DNA of 64,000 nt from Escherichia phage vB_VIPECOMC06. Position numbers and translations under genes: made by a program. Positions 52,300-61,539 of this stretch are shown here, in pieces. The notes under the pieces were generated by a model that saw only the letters and a list, made by a program, of their open reading frames with translations, was not told the origin of the DNA and ran no database searches. Position 1 is the first letter of the stretch. Each line of letters opens with the position of its first letter. The stretch lies in sequence record PQ416618.1; one strand, written 5' to 3'.

Positions 52300-52712
52300 T
52301 GAGATATAGCCTTCGTTGTTTTATCGCAGCTTTAGTTTTTGCCATCATTCCATTCATTTGGAACAGCCAGAATACTTACATGGAAACTAAAGTAATTCCT
52401 GTGGAGGTAGTGGAATTAATCTCAGGCCAATCTACAGGAAAATATTCTAAATTGGAATTTATTGCAGTTTATAAAGATGAACAAGGTCGAGTTTTTGACA
52501 GGCATGTATCACCGTCGTTTTATACGCTTCTGAATAAAGGTGATACGATAGCTATAGAAATTCGTGAGATGGATATCAAACAAACTACTAAAGATAACTT
52601 GATTTGGTTCTTTGGTACAGTGTTGTTGGTTTCTATCTGTATCACAGGTTTTATTACATGTATTGTATTTGGCATTACATATTTAATCGATGAAAGGAAA
52701 AATAATGTTTAA
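52299..52712 (+). CDS. Membrane hypothetical protein
   Basis: 137 aa; N- and C-terminal hydrophobic segments. Confidence 0.45.
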   Translation: MRYSLRCFIAALVFAIIPFIWNSQNTYMETKVIPVEVVELISGQSTGKYSKLEFIAVYKDEQGRVFDRHVSPSFYTLLNKGDTIAIEIREMDIKQTTKDNLIWFFGTVLLVSICITGFITCIVFGITYLIDERKNNV

Positions 52713-52968
52713 AGTGTATGGTTATGACTCTACTATTCATAAATGCATTTATTGCGATAATGTAAAACGATTGCTGACTGTTAAGAAACAGCCATTCGAA
52801 TTCATTAATGTTATGCCAGAAAAAGGTATTTTTGATGATGAGAAAATTGCTGAGCTTCTGGTTAAGCTTGGACGTGAATCACAAGTCGGATTGACTATGC
52901 CTCAAGTGTTTGCTCCTGATGGAACTTCGATCGGTGGCTTTGACCAACTACGAGAATATTTTAAATGA
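52705..52968 (+). CDS. nrdC: Glutaredoxin/thioredoxin NrdC
   Basis: 87 aa; MFKVYGYDSTIHKCIYCDNVKRLLTVKKQPFEFINVMPEKG...MPQVFAPDG...GGFDQLREYFK matches T4 NrdC including the CxYC redox site. Confidence 0.92.
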   Translation: MFKVYGYDSTIHKCIYCDNVKRLLTVKKQPFEFINVMPEKGIFDDEKIAELLVKLGRESQVGLTMPQVFAPDGTSIGGFDQLREYFK

Positions 52969-53321
52969 CATATTCATTAAATCTTAAAGATTTCCAAGAT
53001 GTATACGAAGTTTGTGCTAATGAACTTGGTCCTGATGCTCCAACTATTATTGAAGTTTTAAATGTGCTCCCTTCATCATTAGCTTACGAAGCCAAATCAT
53101 GGGGTTGGAACGACACTGTCGTTCGTGATGACCTTTACGTCCTGATGAACGATATGATGGTTAAAAAGGCAGAACAGGCTGCACCAATGGTTACCATTAC
53201 CGTTAAAGAATATAATCGCCTGCAAGCCATTGAAGAGCTTCTGTGGAACATTGAATGTGACCTGCCATCCGGACTAGAATCCTGGATTGATTATGAAGAG
53301 CTCAATAAACTCCGGGGTTAA
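52965..53321 (+). CDS. Hypothetical protein
   Basis: 118 aa ORF. Confidence 0.4.
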   Translation: MTYSLNLKDFQDVYEVCANELGPDAPTIIEVLNVLPSSLAYEAKSWGWNDTVVRDDLYVLMNDMMVKKAEQAAPMVTITVKEYNRLQAIEELLWNIECDLPSGLESWIDYEELNKLRG

Positions 53322-53350
53322 ACCGTGGTATTCGGCTCGATGGGAGACAG

Positions 53351-53380
53351 TCGAGCCAGACGTCGAAACAGTTTACAACG
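53351..53380 (+). promoter_or_regulatory. Early promoter (GTTTAC -35, TATGAT -10)
   Basis: gtttacaacgacgaagaaaaatgtTATGAT. Confidence 0.45.
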
Positions 53381-53449
53381 ACGAAGAAAAATGTTATGAT
53401 GAGCCTTCAATAAATGAATTAATTGATATGGAAATGGGAAGAGATTATT

Positions 53450-53620
53450 ATGCAAGTTAAATTATTGTACCGTTTATTAAAAAATGGCAAGCATGATTGG
53501 TATTTGCTTATTAAAACCGATCCGAATTTTTTCTCTGGACAACCATTTACAGTTCGTCCTACTAAACGTCAGCTTCGCAAAGCTAAACGTTCTCATCATA
53601 ACTTTTATAGAGAATATTGA
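53450..53620 (+). CDS. Hypothetical small basic protein
   Basis: 56 aa from MQVKLLYRL; start uncertain. Confidence 0.3.
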   Translation: MQVKLLYRLLKNGKHDWYLLIKTDPNFFSGQPFTVRPTKRQLRKAKRSHHNFYREY

Positions 53621-53621
53621 T

Positions 53622-54035
53622 ATGAATATTTCTGAAACTCGCGGTAAATGGTTCAAGATTGTTAAAGAAGACGAAGAACTCCAAGATAAGTTTCCTGAAT
53701 TAAAGAAAGATACGATCATCAAGGTAATTGGTACTACTACCGAAGATGGTTATGGCGACCATGGCATTATCGAAGTGATGTTGAACACAGGTGAGAAACT
53801 TTGCATCTATGACCGTGATACTTCTCTTTGGTGCTTCTGGGAATCCCATTCAATAGATGAACTCGAAGAAATTGACCAAGTAGTTTGTGATGGTGGACTT
53901 GGCGAATTCGAAGGTGAACGTATTTCTTATGCTTTAGCTAAATTAGCCGCCCAAGAAAATAATGACGGTTATGAAGGTAATCTGATGCAAGCCGCAGCGG
54001 AATACATTGAATATTTAGAAAGACGTTTAAGTTAA
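53622..54035 (+). CDS. Hypothetical acidic protein
   Basis: 137 aa from MNISETRGKWF. Confidence 0.45.
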   Translation: MNISETRGKWFKIVKEDEELQDKFPELKKDTIIKVIGTTTEDGYGDHGIIEVMLNTGEKLCIYDRDTSLWCFWESHSIDELEEIDQVVCDGGLGEFEGERISYALAKLAAQENNDGYEGNLMQAAAEYIEYLERRLS

Positions 54036-54262
54036 GGGCTTATTATGAAAACTGCATTATTTTTTGGCGAAAGAACAAACGGTCAAAAATCTTGGAAATT
54101 TGTTATGATTGGTGCTCCAAACAATCCGAACATGAGGACTTCAATCATTTCTGTAACACGTCCTACTAAAAGAATGATTCGCCAATACAAACGTTTCCAT
54201 CGTGACTTTTATAACATTTATTAAATTATAAATACCCTTATCTAATATGGTAAGGGTTTATT

Positions 54263-54736
54263 ATGTTATTATCAGGCGCAAAATATAAAGAAGAAAAACA
54301 AAAATTTTATGATGCACAGAATGGTAAGTGTCCTATTTGCCACCGTGAATTAGACCCTGATGTTCAAGGTAACCATCTTGACCACGACCACGAATTAAAC
54401 GGGCCAAAAGCAGGTAGAGTTCGTGGGTTACTCTGTAATCTGTGCAACGCAGCAGAAGGCCAAATGAAGCATAAGTTCAACCGTTCGGGTCTTAAAGGAC
54501 GTGATGTCGACTACCTCGAATGGCTTGAAGCTCTTCTTGCTTATTTGAAACAAGATTATTCTGATAATAATATCCATCCTAATTTTGTTCCAGACAAAAC
54601 TAAAGAGTTCTCAAGACTAGGTAAAGAGGAAATGATGGCCGAGATGCTTCAAAGAGGATTTGAATATAATGAATCTGATACTAAAACACAATTAATAGCT
54701 TCATTCAAAAAGCAGCTTAGAAAGAGTTTAAAATGA
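54263..54736 (+). CDS. 49: Endonuclease VII (Holliday junction resolvase / packaging endonuclease)
   Basis: 157 aa; MLLSGAKYKEEKQKFYDAQNGKCPICHREL...HLDHDHELNGPKAGRVRGLLCNLCNAAEGQMKHKFNRSGLKG matches T4 gp49. Confidence 0.95.
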   Translation: MLLSGAKYKEEKQKFYDAQNGKCPICHRELDPDVQGNHLDHDHELNGPKAGRVRGLLCNLCNAAEGQMKHKFNRSGLKGRDVDYLEWLEALLAYLKQDYSDNNIHPNFVPDKTKEFSRLGKEEMMAEMLQRGFEYNESDTKTQLIASFKKQLRKSLK

Positions 54737-56550
54737 AAATTGAAAAAGAAATTGAAGGATTAATTCATAAAACTAATAAAGATCTTTTGAACGAGAATGC
54801 TAATAAAGATTCTCGTGTTTTTCCAACTCAACGGGACCTTATGGCTGGTATTGTGTCTAAGCACATTGCCAAAAATATGGTCCCGTCTTTTATTATGAAA
54901 GCACATGAAAGCGGAATTATCCATTTCCATGATATTGATTATTCCCCTGCTCTTCCATTTACTAATTGTTGTTTAGTAGATTTAAAGGGAATGCTTGAAA
55001 ATGGGTTTAAGCTAGGTAATGCTCAAATTGAAACGCCTAAATCTATCGGTGTTGCTACTGCAATTATGGCACAAATTACCGCACAGGTTGCTTCCCATCA
55101 ATATGGCGGAACGACTTTTGCTAATGTAGATAAAGTACTTTCTCCTTATGTTAAACGCACCTATGCAAAACATATTGAGGATGCAGAAAAATGGCAAATC
55201 GCTGATGCGTTGAATTATGCCCAATCTAAAACAGAAAAAGACGTATACGATGCATTTCAAGCTTATGAGTATGAAGTAAATACTCTTTTTAGCTCAAACG
55301 GTCAAACGCCTTTTGTAACAATTACATTTGGTACTGGAACTGACTGGACTGAACGAATTATTCAGAAGGCAATTCTTAAAAACCGCATTAAAGGCCTTGG
55401 TCGTGATGGAATAACTCCTATTTTCCCTAAACTTGTTATGTTCGTTGAAGAGGGTGTCAATCTTTATAAAGACGACCCGAACTACGATATTAAGCAGCTT
55501 GCTCTAGAGTGTGCAAGCAAAAGAATGTATCCTGATATTATTTCAGTTAAGAACAATAAAGCTATCACCGGTTCATCTATTCCTGTTTCTCCAATGGGTT
55601 GTCGTAGTTTCTTGAGTGTATGGAAAGATTCGACAGGTAATGAAATTCTTGATGGGCGTAATAATCTTGGTGTTGTAACACTGAATCTTCCTCGTATTGC
55701 GTTAGATTCTTATATTGGAACACAGTTCAATGAACAAAAATTTACTGAATTGTTCAATGAGCGAATGGATCTGTGTTTTGAAGCATTGATGTGTAGAATT
55801 AGTTCCTTAAAAGGAGTTAAAGCTACTGTTGCTCCTATTCTTTACCAAGAAGGTGCATTTGGGGTCCGTCTTAAACCTGATGATGATATAATTGAGTTAT
55901 TTAAAAACGGTAGAAGTTCAGTGTCCTTAGGATACATTGGAATTCACGAATTGAATATTCTTGTCGGACGTGATATTGGACAGGAAATTTTGACTAAAAT
56001 GAATGCTCGTCTTAAGCAGTGGACTGAAAGAACCGGTTTTGCTTTTAGCTTGTATTCTACTCCTGCTGAAAACCTGTGCTATCGATTCTGTAAACTTGAT
56101 ACTGAGAAATATGGAAGGGTAAAAGATGTTACTGATAAAGGCTGGTACACTAATAGTTTCCACGTTTCGGTAGAAGAAAATATTACTCCGTTTGAAAAGA
56201 TTTCTCGCGAAGCCCCATATCATTTCATTGCGACTGGCGGACACATTTCTTATGTTGAACTTCCTGATATGAAAAATAACCTAAAAGGTCTTGAGGCTGT
56301 CTGGGATTATGCTGCGCAACATTTAGATTATTTTGGTGTTAATATGCCGGTAGATAAATGTTTTACGTGTGGAAGTACTCATGAAATGACTCCTACTGAA
56401 AACGGATTTGTTTGTTCTATTTGTGGAGAAACTGATCCTAAAAAGATGAACACAATAAGAAGAACTTGTGGTTATTTGGGAAATCCGAATGAACGCGGAT
56501 TTAATCTCGGCAAAAATAAAGAAATCATGCATAGGGTTAAACACCAATGA
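54733..56550 (+). CDS. nrdD: Anaerobic ribonucleoside-triphosphate reductase NrdD (class III, glycyl radical), uninterrupted
   Basis: 605 aa, same as spliced T4 NrdD; C-terminal Zn site and glycyl radical motif ...RTCGYLG; no intron or intron endonuclease present. Confidence 0.93.
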   Translation: MKIEKEIEGLIHKTNKDLLNENANKDSRVFPTQRDLMAGIVSKHIAKNMVPSFIMKAHESGIIHFHDIDYSPALPFTNCCLVDLKGMLENGFKLGNAQIETPKSIGVATAIMAQITAQVASHQYGGTTFANVDKVLSPYVKRTYAKHIEDAEKWQIADALNYAQSKTEKDVYDAFQAYEYEVNTLFSSNGQTPFVTITFGTGTDWTERIIQKAILKNRIKGLGRDGITPIFPKLVMFVEEGVNLYKDDPNYDIKQLALECASKRMYPDIISVKNNKAITGSSIPVSPMGCRSFLSVWKDSTGNEILDGRNNLGVVTLNLPRIALDSYIGTQFNEQKFTELFNERMDLCFEALMCRISSLKGVKATVAPILYQEGAFGVRLKPDDDIIELFKNGRSSVSLGYIGIHELNILVGRDIGQEILTKMNARLKQWTERTGFAFSLYSTPAENLCYRFCKLDTEKYGRVKDVTDKGWYTNSFHVSVEENITPFEKISREAPYHFIATGGHISYVELPDMKNNLKGLEAVWDYAAQHLDYFGVNMPVDKCFTCGSTHEMTPTENGFVCSICGETDPKKMNTIRRTCGYLGNPNERGFNLGKNKEIMHRVKHQ

Positions 56551-57017
56551 ATTATGATAGATTTTATCCTTGCGATTTTGTGAATGGCCCTGGTTGCAGG
56601 GTCGTTCTTTTCGTTACAGGTTGTTTGCATAAATGCGAAGGGTGTTATAATAAATCAACATGGAACGCTAGAAATGGTATTCCATTCACGGGTGAAACAC
56701 TAGAGCAATTAATTGAATGTTTGAATAATGATTATATAGAAGGATTAACTATAACTGGAGGAGACCCTCTCTATCCTGATAACCGAGATGATGTTCATTG
56801 CATTGCTCAAACAGTAAAAAATCTTTATCCCAATAAAAGCATTTGGTTGTGGACAGGGTACAAGTTTGAAGATATTAAACAACTAGAAATGCTTAAATAT
56901 GTTGATGTTATTATTGATGGGAAGTATGAGAAAAATCTTCCGACTAAAAAGCTGTGGCGAGGATCAGATAATCAGCGACTTTGGTCAAATACCGATGGGG
57001 TGTGGAAACATGATTAA
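56547..57017 (+). CDS. nrdG: Anaerobic RNR activating enzyme NrdG (radical SAM)
   Basis: 156 aa; CxxxCxxC cluster (GCLHKCEGC). Confidence 0.9.
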   Translation: MNYDRFYPCDFVNGPGCRVVLFVTGCLHKCEGCYNKSTWNARNGIPFTGETLEQLIECLNNDYIEGLTITGGDPLYPDNRDDVHCIAQTVKNLYPNKSIWLWTGYKFEDIKQLEMLKYVDVIIDGKYEKNLPTKKLWRGSDNQRLWSNTDGVWKHD

Positions 57018-57131
57018 ATTGAATTATATTATGGATACTATAAATGATATGATTTTTCATTTTGGTCCAGAATTTTATTCACAATATAGTTTAGTGTTTA
57101 TCAATGCTTGGTTAATTAATTAAGGGTAAAT

Positions 57132-57347
57132 ATGTATAAATTTCGTAAAGGTTTAGCTGATTTTCTTACAACTGTAACGTTCTTTTTGTTTATGGCAGTT
57201 GGAGCTATTTTTCTTATTCCTTTTACTGTTGTATTTTTCTTGATTAGTTTAATTTCTCCGGAAAAGGGTTTATCCTCCAGCGAATTCAATGAACGTTTGG
57301 ACAAAATTACTAATAAACTGAATTCTGTTCTTGATAAAAAGGCTTAA
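57132..57347 (+). CDS. Small membrane protein
   Basis: 71 aa; hydrophobic. Confidence 0.4.
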   Translation: MYKFRKGLADFLTTVTFFLFMAVGAIFLIPFTVVFFLISLISPEKGLSSSEFNERLDKITNKLNSVLDKKA

Positions 57348-57349
57348 TT

Positions 57350-57667
57350 ATGATTAGTTTTGAGCAGTATGTGGTAGAGAGTTGGAAAGGTTTTGATATG
57401 TTCGGTAATGACTATTATTTTTATGAATGTAGTCTAAATCCTAGTTTTTGGGCTGGACGTGAACGAGATCTCGAAGAAATTAATGCTCGTGTCGAATTGT
57501 TAGGTGAACTGCCTACAGTTTATTTTACCTTTGATGAATCTGGATTTGTTATCCAGGTTTATTTTCCTGAAGAAAACTCTGGCGAGGATTCTGTTAATCC
57601 TCCTTATTGGGCTTACCAAGGAATTATTTCTCGTGGAACAAAACTCGAACTTAAAGAACAAGATTGA
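57350..57667 (+). CDS. Hypothetical protein
   Basis: 105 aa ORF. Confidence 0.4.
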   Translation: MISFEQYVVESWKGFDMFGNDYYFYECSLNPSFWAGRERDLEEINARVELLGELPTVYFTFDESGFVIQVYFPEENSGEDSVNPPYWAYQGIISRGTKLELKEQD

Positions 57668-57956
57668 AATCTATGGCATCCCTGAAGAAGTAGGACGTTG
57701 TCCCGGATGTTATACTGTTACAAAACTTTTAAAGGAGCTCAATGCTCCTTATACATTTTATAAAGTCCTCACTAATAATGGTAAGATTGAATATGACCGT
57801 CCTTTAATCGTATCTCTTGCTAAACGTGCAGGATTCACTTCACTTAATATTCGTTATCCTGTCATATTTTTAAATGATAAGAAACAAAAGAATATTGCAG
57901 AGTTTAAAAAGTCCTTGATTTCATTAGGATATGACTCTGATATCATAGAAGATTGA
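57637..57956 (+). CDS. Glutaredoxin-like (NrdH-like) redoxin, probable GTG start
   Basis: IEIYGIPEEVGRCPGCYTVTKLL has a CPGC redox motif in a glutaredoxin-fold-like context; no in-frame ATG, GTG with AAGGA 10 nt upstream; overlaps the upstream ORF end. Confidence 0.45.
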
Positions 57957-58064
57957 CCAGGTGCCGCCTGGTCTTCTTTATCTCATTTCTAATATAATCC
58001 ATTGGAATCTTCACTTCACTATCTCCTTGTGCCCCTCTCAAATCAAAAATATTTTCATAAAACA

Positions 58065-58094
58065 GTTTACATCCTCAATAGATGTGTTAAGATT
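58065..58094 (+). promoter_or_regulatory. Early promoter cassette
   Basis: gtttacatcctcaatagatgtgTTAAGAT ... tagaggaaaataaaATG. Confidence 0.45.
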
Positions 58095-58121
58095 AAACCA
58101 TCTACTATAGAGGAAAATAAA

Positions 58122-58370
58122 ATGATTAGTTTAGATTCAAAGAAAGTTGTTCTAACTCTTAATGTAAACAACGAACGTCTGATATTCATTACCATTTCCG
58201 ATTTGAACGTTGAAATTGCTAATGGCGTCCGTACTTATCAAACGTCTAAAACACAATGGGACTATATCCCAATGTTGACGCTTACTCAGCGTTTAGAATC
58301 AATCGGTCTTAAAGACCTTTCAGTAAGTGAAGTGAATTTTATCAAACGCATTGTATCAATCAACCTCTGA
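58122..58370 (+). CDS. Hypothetical protein
   Basis: 82 aa from MISLDSKK. Confidence 0.4.
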   Translation: MISLDSKKVVLTLNVNNERLIFITISDLNVEIANGVRTYQTSKTQWDYIPMLTLTQRLESIGLKDLSVSEVNFIKRIVSINL

Positions 58371-58377
58371 GGTACTT

Positions 58378-58671
58378 ATGGGTAAAACGTATCGTCGTAA
58401 AGATTTGAAAGTTCGTGATTACGACTATTTTGGTAAACGTAAAGCTCCTGACGGTGTTAGCCACAAAGACATGGTTGAAAACATTTTCCGCTCAGATAAA
58501 TGGAAACGTATGAAAGGTGTTGATTCTGAAGTCAAGAACGAAATGAATCGACAACTTCGCAAAGAAGTTCGTAAGTTGAAAAAAGATGTTTACAGTAAAG
58601 AAGATTATGATTATAATACTTCTCATACTGAAGCCAAACGTAAAGCTAACGAATGTTATCGTTACAGTTGA
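58378..58671 (+). CDS. Hypothetical basic protein
   Basis: 97 aa from MGKTYRRKD with GAGG SD. Confidence 0.4.
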   Translation: MGKTYRRKDLKVRDYDYFGKRKAPDGVSHKDMVENIFRSDKWKRMKGVDSEVKNEMNRQLRKEVRKLKKDVYSKEDYDYNTSHTEAKRKANECYRYS

Positions 58672-58809
58672 GGAAATTATGAATATCAAACGAATGCTTT
58701 TTAAGCAGGGATTATATACTTTAAATGCTAATCCAAAGGGTGATACAACTAAATGGTCTGTAAATGACTGGATTAAGTTCATCGACGAAAACGGGGCGTG
58801 GAACACAAA

Positions 58810-59010
58810 ATGAATCCTGAAAATATTGTGTCATGGCAACTTCGTGAAGAACGTGCCGAATTCTTTGCCAATATGAAACTCAACGGTGTTGAGGACGAAG
58901 ACTTTTTACGTTGGTTCTGGATTTACAAATACAAAGAATGCCAGCACGCTGTACTACTGACTTGTGCAGTTATGTATGAAGGCTGGAAAGGCGCTAAAAA
59001 GTTCGGTTAA
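58810..59010 (+). CDS. Hypothetical protein
   Basis: 66 aa from MNPENIVSW. Confidence 0.35.
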   Translation: MNPENIVSWQLREERAEFFANMKLNGVEDEDFLRWFWIYKYKECQHAVLLTCAVMYEGWKGAKKFG

Positions 59011-59073
59011 TAATATACAACGATAGGAAGACATGTTATTATCTTCCTATCGTCTTAAAATGAGGAAAATATC

Positions 59074-59313
59074 ATGGAACAAGAATTAGACATTATTACA
59101 TCGAAAAAACGTCTTGAAGTCGTAGTGAATGGCTCAACTATTAAGTTTGTATACGACACTTTAACTGATGCTATTACTGTTAGTTGTGGTGGAAAGGCTT
59201 TTAGTCTAGATTCTACTGAAAACAAATACCCGTTCTATAAAGGTATCTTTGATATGGGTGTTGATATCAGTGTTCGTCAAGCAAACTATTTACATTATCT
59301 TATCACGGAATAA
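59074..59313 (+). CDS. Hypothetical protein
   Basis: 79 aa; GAGGAAAA SD. Confidence 0.4.
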   Translation: MEQELDIITSKKRLEVVVNGSTIKFVYDTLTDAITVSCGGKAFSLDSTENKYPFYKGIFDMGVDISVRQANYLHYLITE

Positions 59314-59348
59314 TGCACAAACTCTTGAGAGCAGAGTATAATGCTCTC
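59314..59348 (+). promoter_or_regulatory. Early promoter/stem-loop cassette (copy of the 29706 element)
   Basis: gcacaaactcttgagagcagagTATAATgctctctc. Confidence 0.55.
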
Positions 59349-59381
59349 TCATTGGATAATAAAATAACCGAGGAAAATAAT

Positions 59382-59714
59382 ATGTCTACTAAAATCAAAA
59401 ACGTAGTTAATTCTTTCGCTTTCGATAAAGTTGTTGCTCTTCTGGAATCCGGCAATATTGTTACTCCTCAAGTCCTTGACGCGTGGGAATTCCGTCTTTA
59501 TGAAATCATGCAAAAACACGACCAGAAAATTGGACGTAATTCTATTCGCGAAATTCTAGTACAATATATTCTTTCTGAATTTGACGTTGCTGCATTTGGT
59601 GTTGAATCTAAAGCTTATCAGAAACATGAAATCTCTGAAAAAACTATCCGTCGTATGAAAAATCAACGTAAGAAAAAATTCGTTGACCTGAAAATTGTTA
59701 AGGCGGTAAAATGA
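59382..59714 (+). CDS. Hypothetical protein
   Basis: 110 aa from MSTKIKNVV with GAGGAAAA SD. Confidence 0.45.
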   Translation: MSTKIKNVVNSFAFDKVVALLESGNIVTPQVLDAWEFRLYEIMQKHDQKIGRNSIREILVQYILSEFDVAAFGVESKAYQKHEISEKTIRRMKNQRKKKFVDLKIVKAVK

Positions 59715-59938
59715 GCGTATTAACAGAAACTTTGATTAATGACCTGCGTCTAGCTGGTTACGAAGTTGGTACAAATAGCCTAGGTCTTTCTCAGATTGAA
59801 GGGCTTGGATTTATCCTAGAATATGAATTCAAACAATGGTGGCTATATGCTACGGCTGACGATGCGTTGAATATCGATTTCGTTGACCAATTTGATTCGT
59901 TGGATGATGCTCTTGAAGCAGCAAAGGAACTAGAATGA
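59711..59938 (+). CDS. Hypothetical acidic protein
   Basis: 75 aa; ATGA overlap. Confidence 0.4.
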   Translation: MSVLTETLINDLRLAGYEVGTNSLGLSQIEGLGFILEYEFKQWWLYATADDALNIDFVDQFDSLDDALEAAKELE

Positions 59939-60204
59939 AATTAACTCGAATCAGTATAACTGAAGAAAAGCTGGGCGAATTTTATGTTGACGAATACATG
60001 AAAGTCACGTATTTTCCATTCGTTAAAGGTGTTGGTTTTTGGGAAACTCATGTATCTCAATTAAACGAAGGCGACTATAACGAAACTCATGAGAACTTTT
60101 TAGATTTTCTTTATAATGCCGGTCTTACTGAGCTTTATATCGATATCCATGAGTTCAAACGTTTAATGGAAAAAGTGTTTCAGGCTTATTGTTTGCTCCG
60201 ATAG
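59935..60204 (+). CDS. Hypothetical protein
   Basis: 89 aa; ATGA overlap. Confidence 0.4.
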   Translation: MKLTRISITEEKLGEFYVDEYMKVTYFPFVKGVGFWETHVSQLNEGDYNETHENFLDFLYNAGLTELYIDIHEFKRLMEKVFQAYCLLR

Positions 60205-60276
60205 TATCTCGTGCTTTAAGATAGGTCTCTAAATATTATGATATAATAGACCTATGAATTGAGCTAAGAGGTACTT

Positions 60277-60834
60277 ATGACTGAACAAAAACCTAAAAAT
60301 AACTATGTGAATAATAAAGAGCTTCTCGCCGCTATAATCGAGTGGAAAAAGGAGCTCTTAAATAATAAAGACCCAAACAAAATTATTCGTCAGAATGATA
60401 CCATCGGTTTAGCAATTATGCTTATCGCCGAAGGCCTGTCCAAACGTTTCAACTTTTCAGGATATACCCAGTCTTGGAAGCAGGAGATGATTGCAGATGG
60501 GATTGAAGCCTCTATTAAGGGACTTCATAATTTCGACGAAACTAAGTACAATAACCCACATGCATACATAACTCGAGCTTGTTTTAATGCTTTTGTCCAA
60601 CGTATCAAAAAAGAACGTAAGGAAGTTGCAAAGAAATATAGTTACTTCGTTCATAACGTCTACGACAGTCATGACGATGATATGGTAGCGTTGGTAGATG
60701 AAACGTTTATTCAAGACATCTACGATAAAATGACGCATTACGAAGAATCCGCTTATAAAGCTCCTGGGGCTGAAAAGAAGGAAGTTGTTAGCGATTCGCC
60801 TAGTTTGGATTTTTTATATGAGGATGACAATTGA
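60277..60834 (+). CDS. 55: Late-transcription sigma factor gp55
   Basis: 185 aa, same as T4 gp55; [27 protein letters not shown]...[16 protein letters not shown]. Confidence 0.92.
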   Translation: MTEQKPKNNYVNNKELLAAIIEWKKELLNNKDPNKIIRQNDTIGLAIMLIAEGLSKRFNFSGYTQSWKQEMIADGIEASIKGLHNFDETKYNNPHAYITRACFNAFVQRIKKERKEVAKKYSYFVHNVYDSHDDDMVALVDETFIQDIYDKMTHYEESAYKAPGAEKKEVVSDSPSLDFLYEDDN

Positions 60835-61033
60835 CATCTCTAACTACTTAGAAGAACCTTTTGACGAAGCAATCCCTTATTTGGTAAAACTGTTGGGTCG
60901 TGAATTTAAAATTAATTTTGACATCGACCCTTTGAACCCACATGACGTGTCATTTTCGATAAATGGGACTCCGGTTGAGTATGAGTTCTGTATTGAAGAG
61001 GACGGACGTTTTTATTTTAATTTAATGAGATAA
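60818..61033 (+). CDS. Hypothetical protein
   Basis: 71 aa from MRMTIDIS; overlaps the gene 55 end. Confidence 0.35.
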   Translation: MRMTIDISNYLEEPFDEAIPYLVKLLGREFKINFDIDPLNPHDVSFSINGTPVEYEFCIEEDGRFYFNLMR

Positions 61034-61034
61034 T

Positions 61035-61358
61035 ATGACTACCGAGATTATTGAAAATAAAGAAGCAGAAGATGCAGTAGCTAAAATGCTACAAGAAATC
61101 CAAAAGAAAAATGAAGCTGAAGCACGTAAAAAATCCGAAAAGATTCTTAAAAAGAATCGTTTTGAACTAAACCGTCTTTATGCTCATGCTCAAGAAGCAG
61201 CAATTCAAAACAACTTCGAAGCTTATGAATATGCTATTAAGAAATCTCGGGATATTCTACGACAACCATATAATGACAAGTTAATTAAAATCCAGTGGGT
61301 TACTACACGTCAGGCTATTGAGGACATCATTAATGGCGCTAGTTCAAACAAAGTTTAA
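61035..61358 (+). CDS. Hypothetical helical protein
   Basis: 107 aa ORF. Confidence 0.4.
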   Translation: MTTEIIENKEAEDAVAKMLQEIQKKNEAEARKKSEKILKKNRFELNRLYAHAQEAAIQNNFEAYEYAIKKSRDILRQPYNDKLIKIQWVTTRQAIEDIINGASSNKV

Positions 61359-61539
61359 ACGTCTGAAGTTGAACGCAGGGTTCACCCTTAAATTGGGAGG
61401 TCCTCTTTGTGTTAAAATCTCTGAAAAGGAATATCACGACGGTTCTATTACAGAAATTTGTCCGCCTATTGTAAAGGCAGACCCAAAACAACTCGTGTGG
61501 GTTGATTCATTTCAAGTTAAGAAATGGTGGAAACGATGA
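61333..61539 (+). CDS. Hypothetical protein
   Basis: 68 aa from MALVQTKF with GAGGA SD. Confidence 0.35.
   Translation: MALVQTKFKRLKLNAGFTLKLGGPLCVKISEKEYHDGSITEICPPIVKADPKQLVWVDSFQVKKWWKR

Noticed and set aside
54733-56550. Group I intron or intein inside nrdD
   Set aside because: The ORF is continuous at the length of mature T4 NrdD with no internal stop or insertion.
24692-60250. Possible CRISPR array suggested by many short repeated palindromic elements
   Set aside because: The repeats are spaced 0.3-3 kb apart rather than 25-40 bp, each precedes a protein-coding gene, and they carry -35/-10/SD signatures; they are promoter cassettes, not CRISPR repeats.
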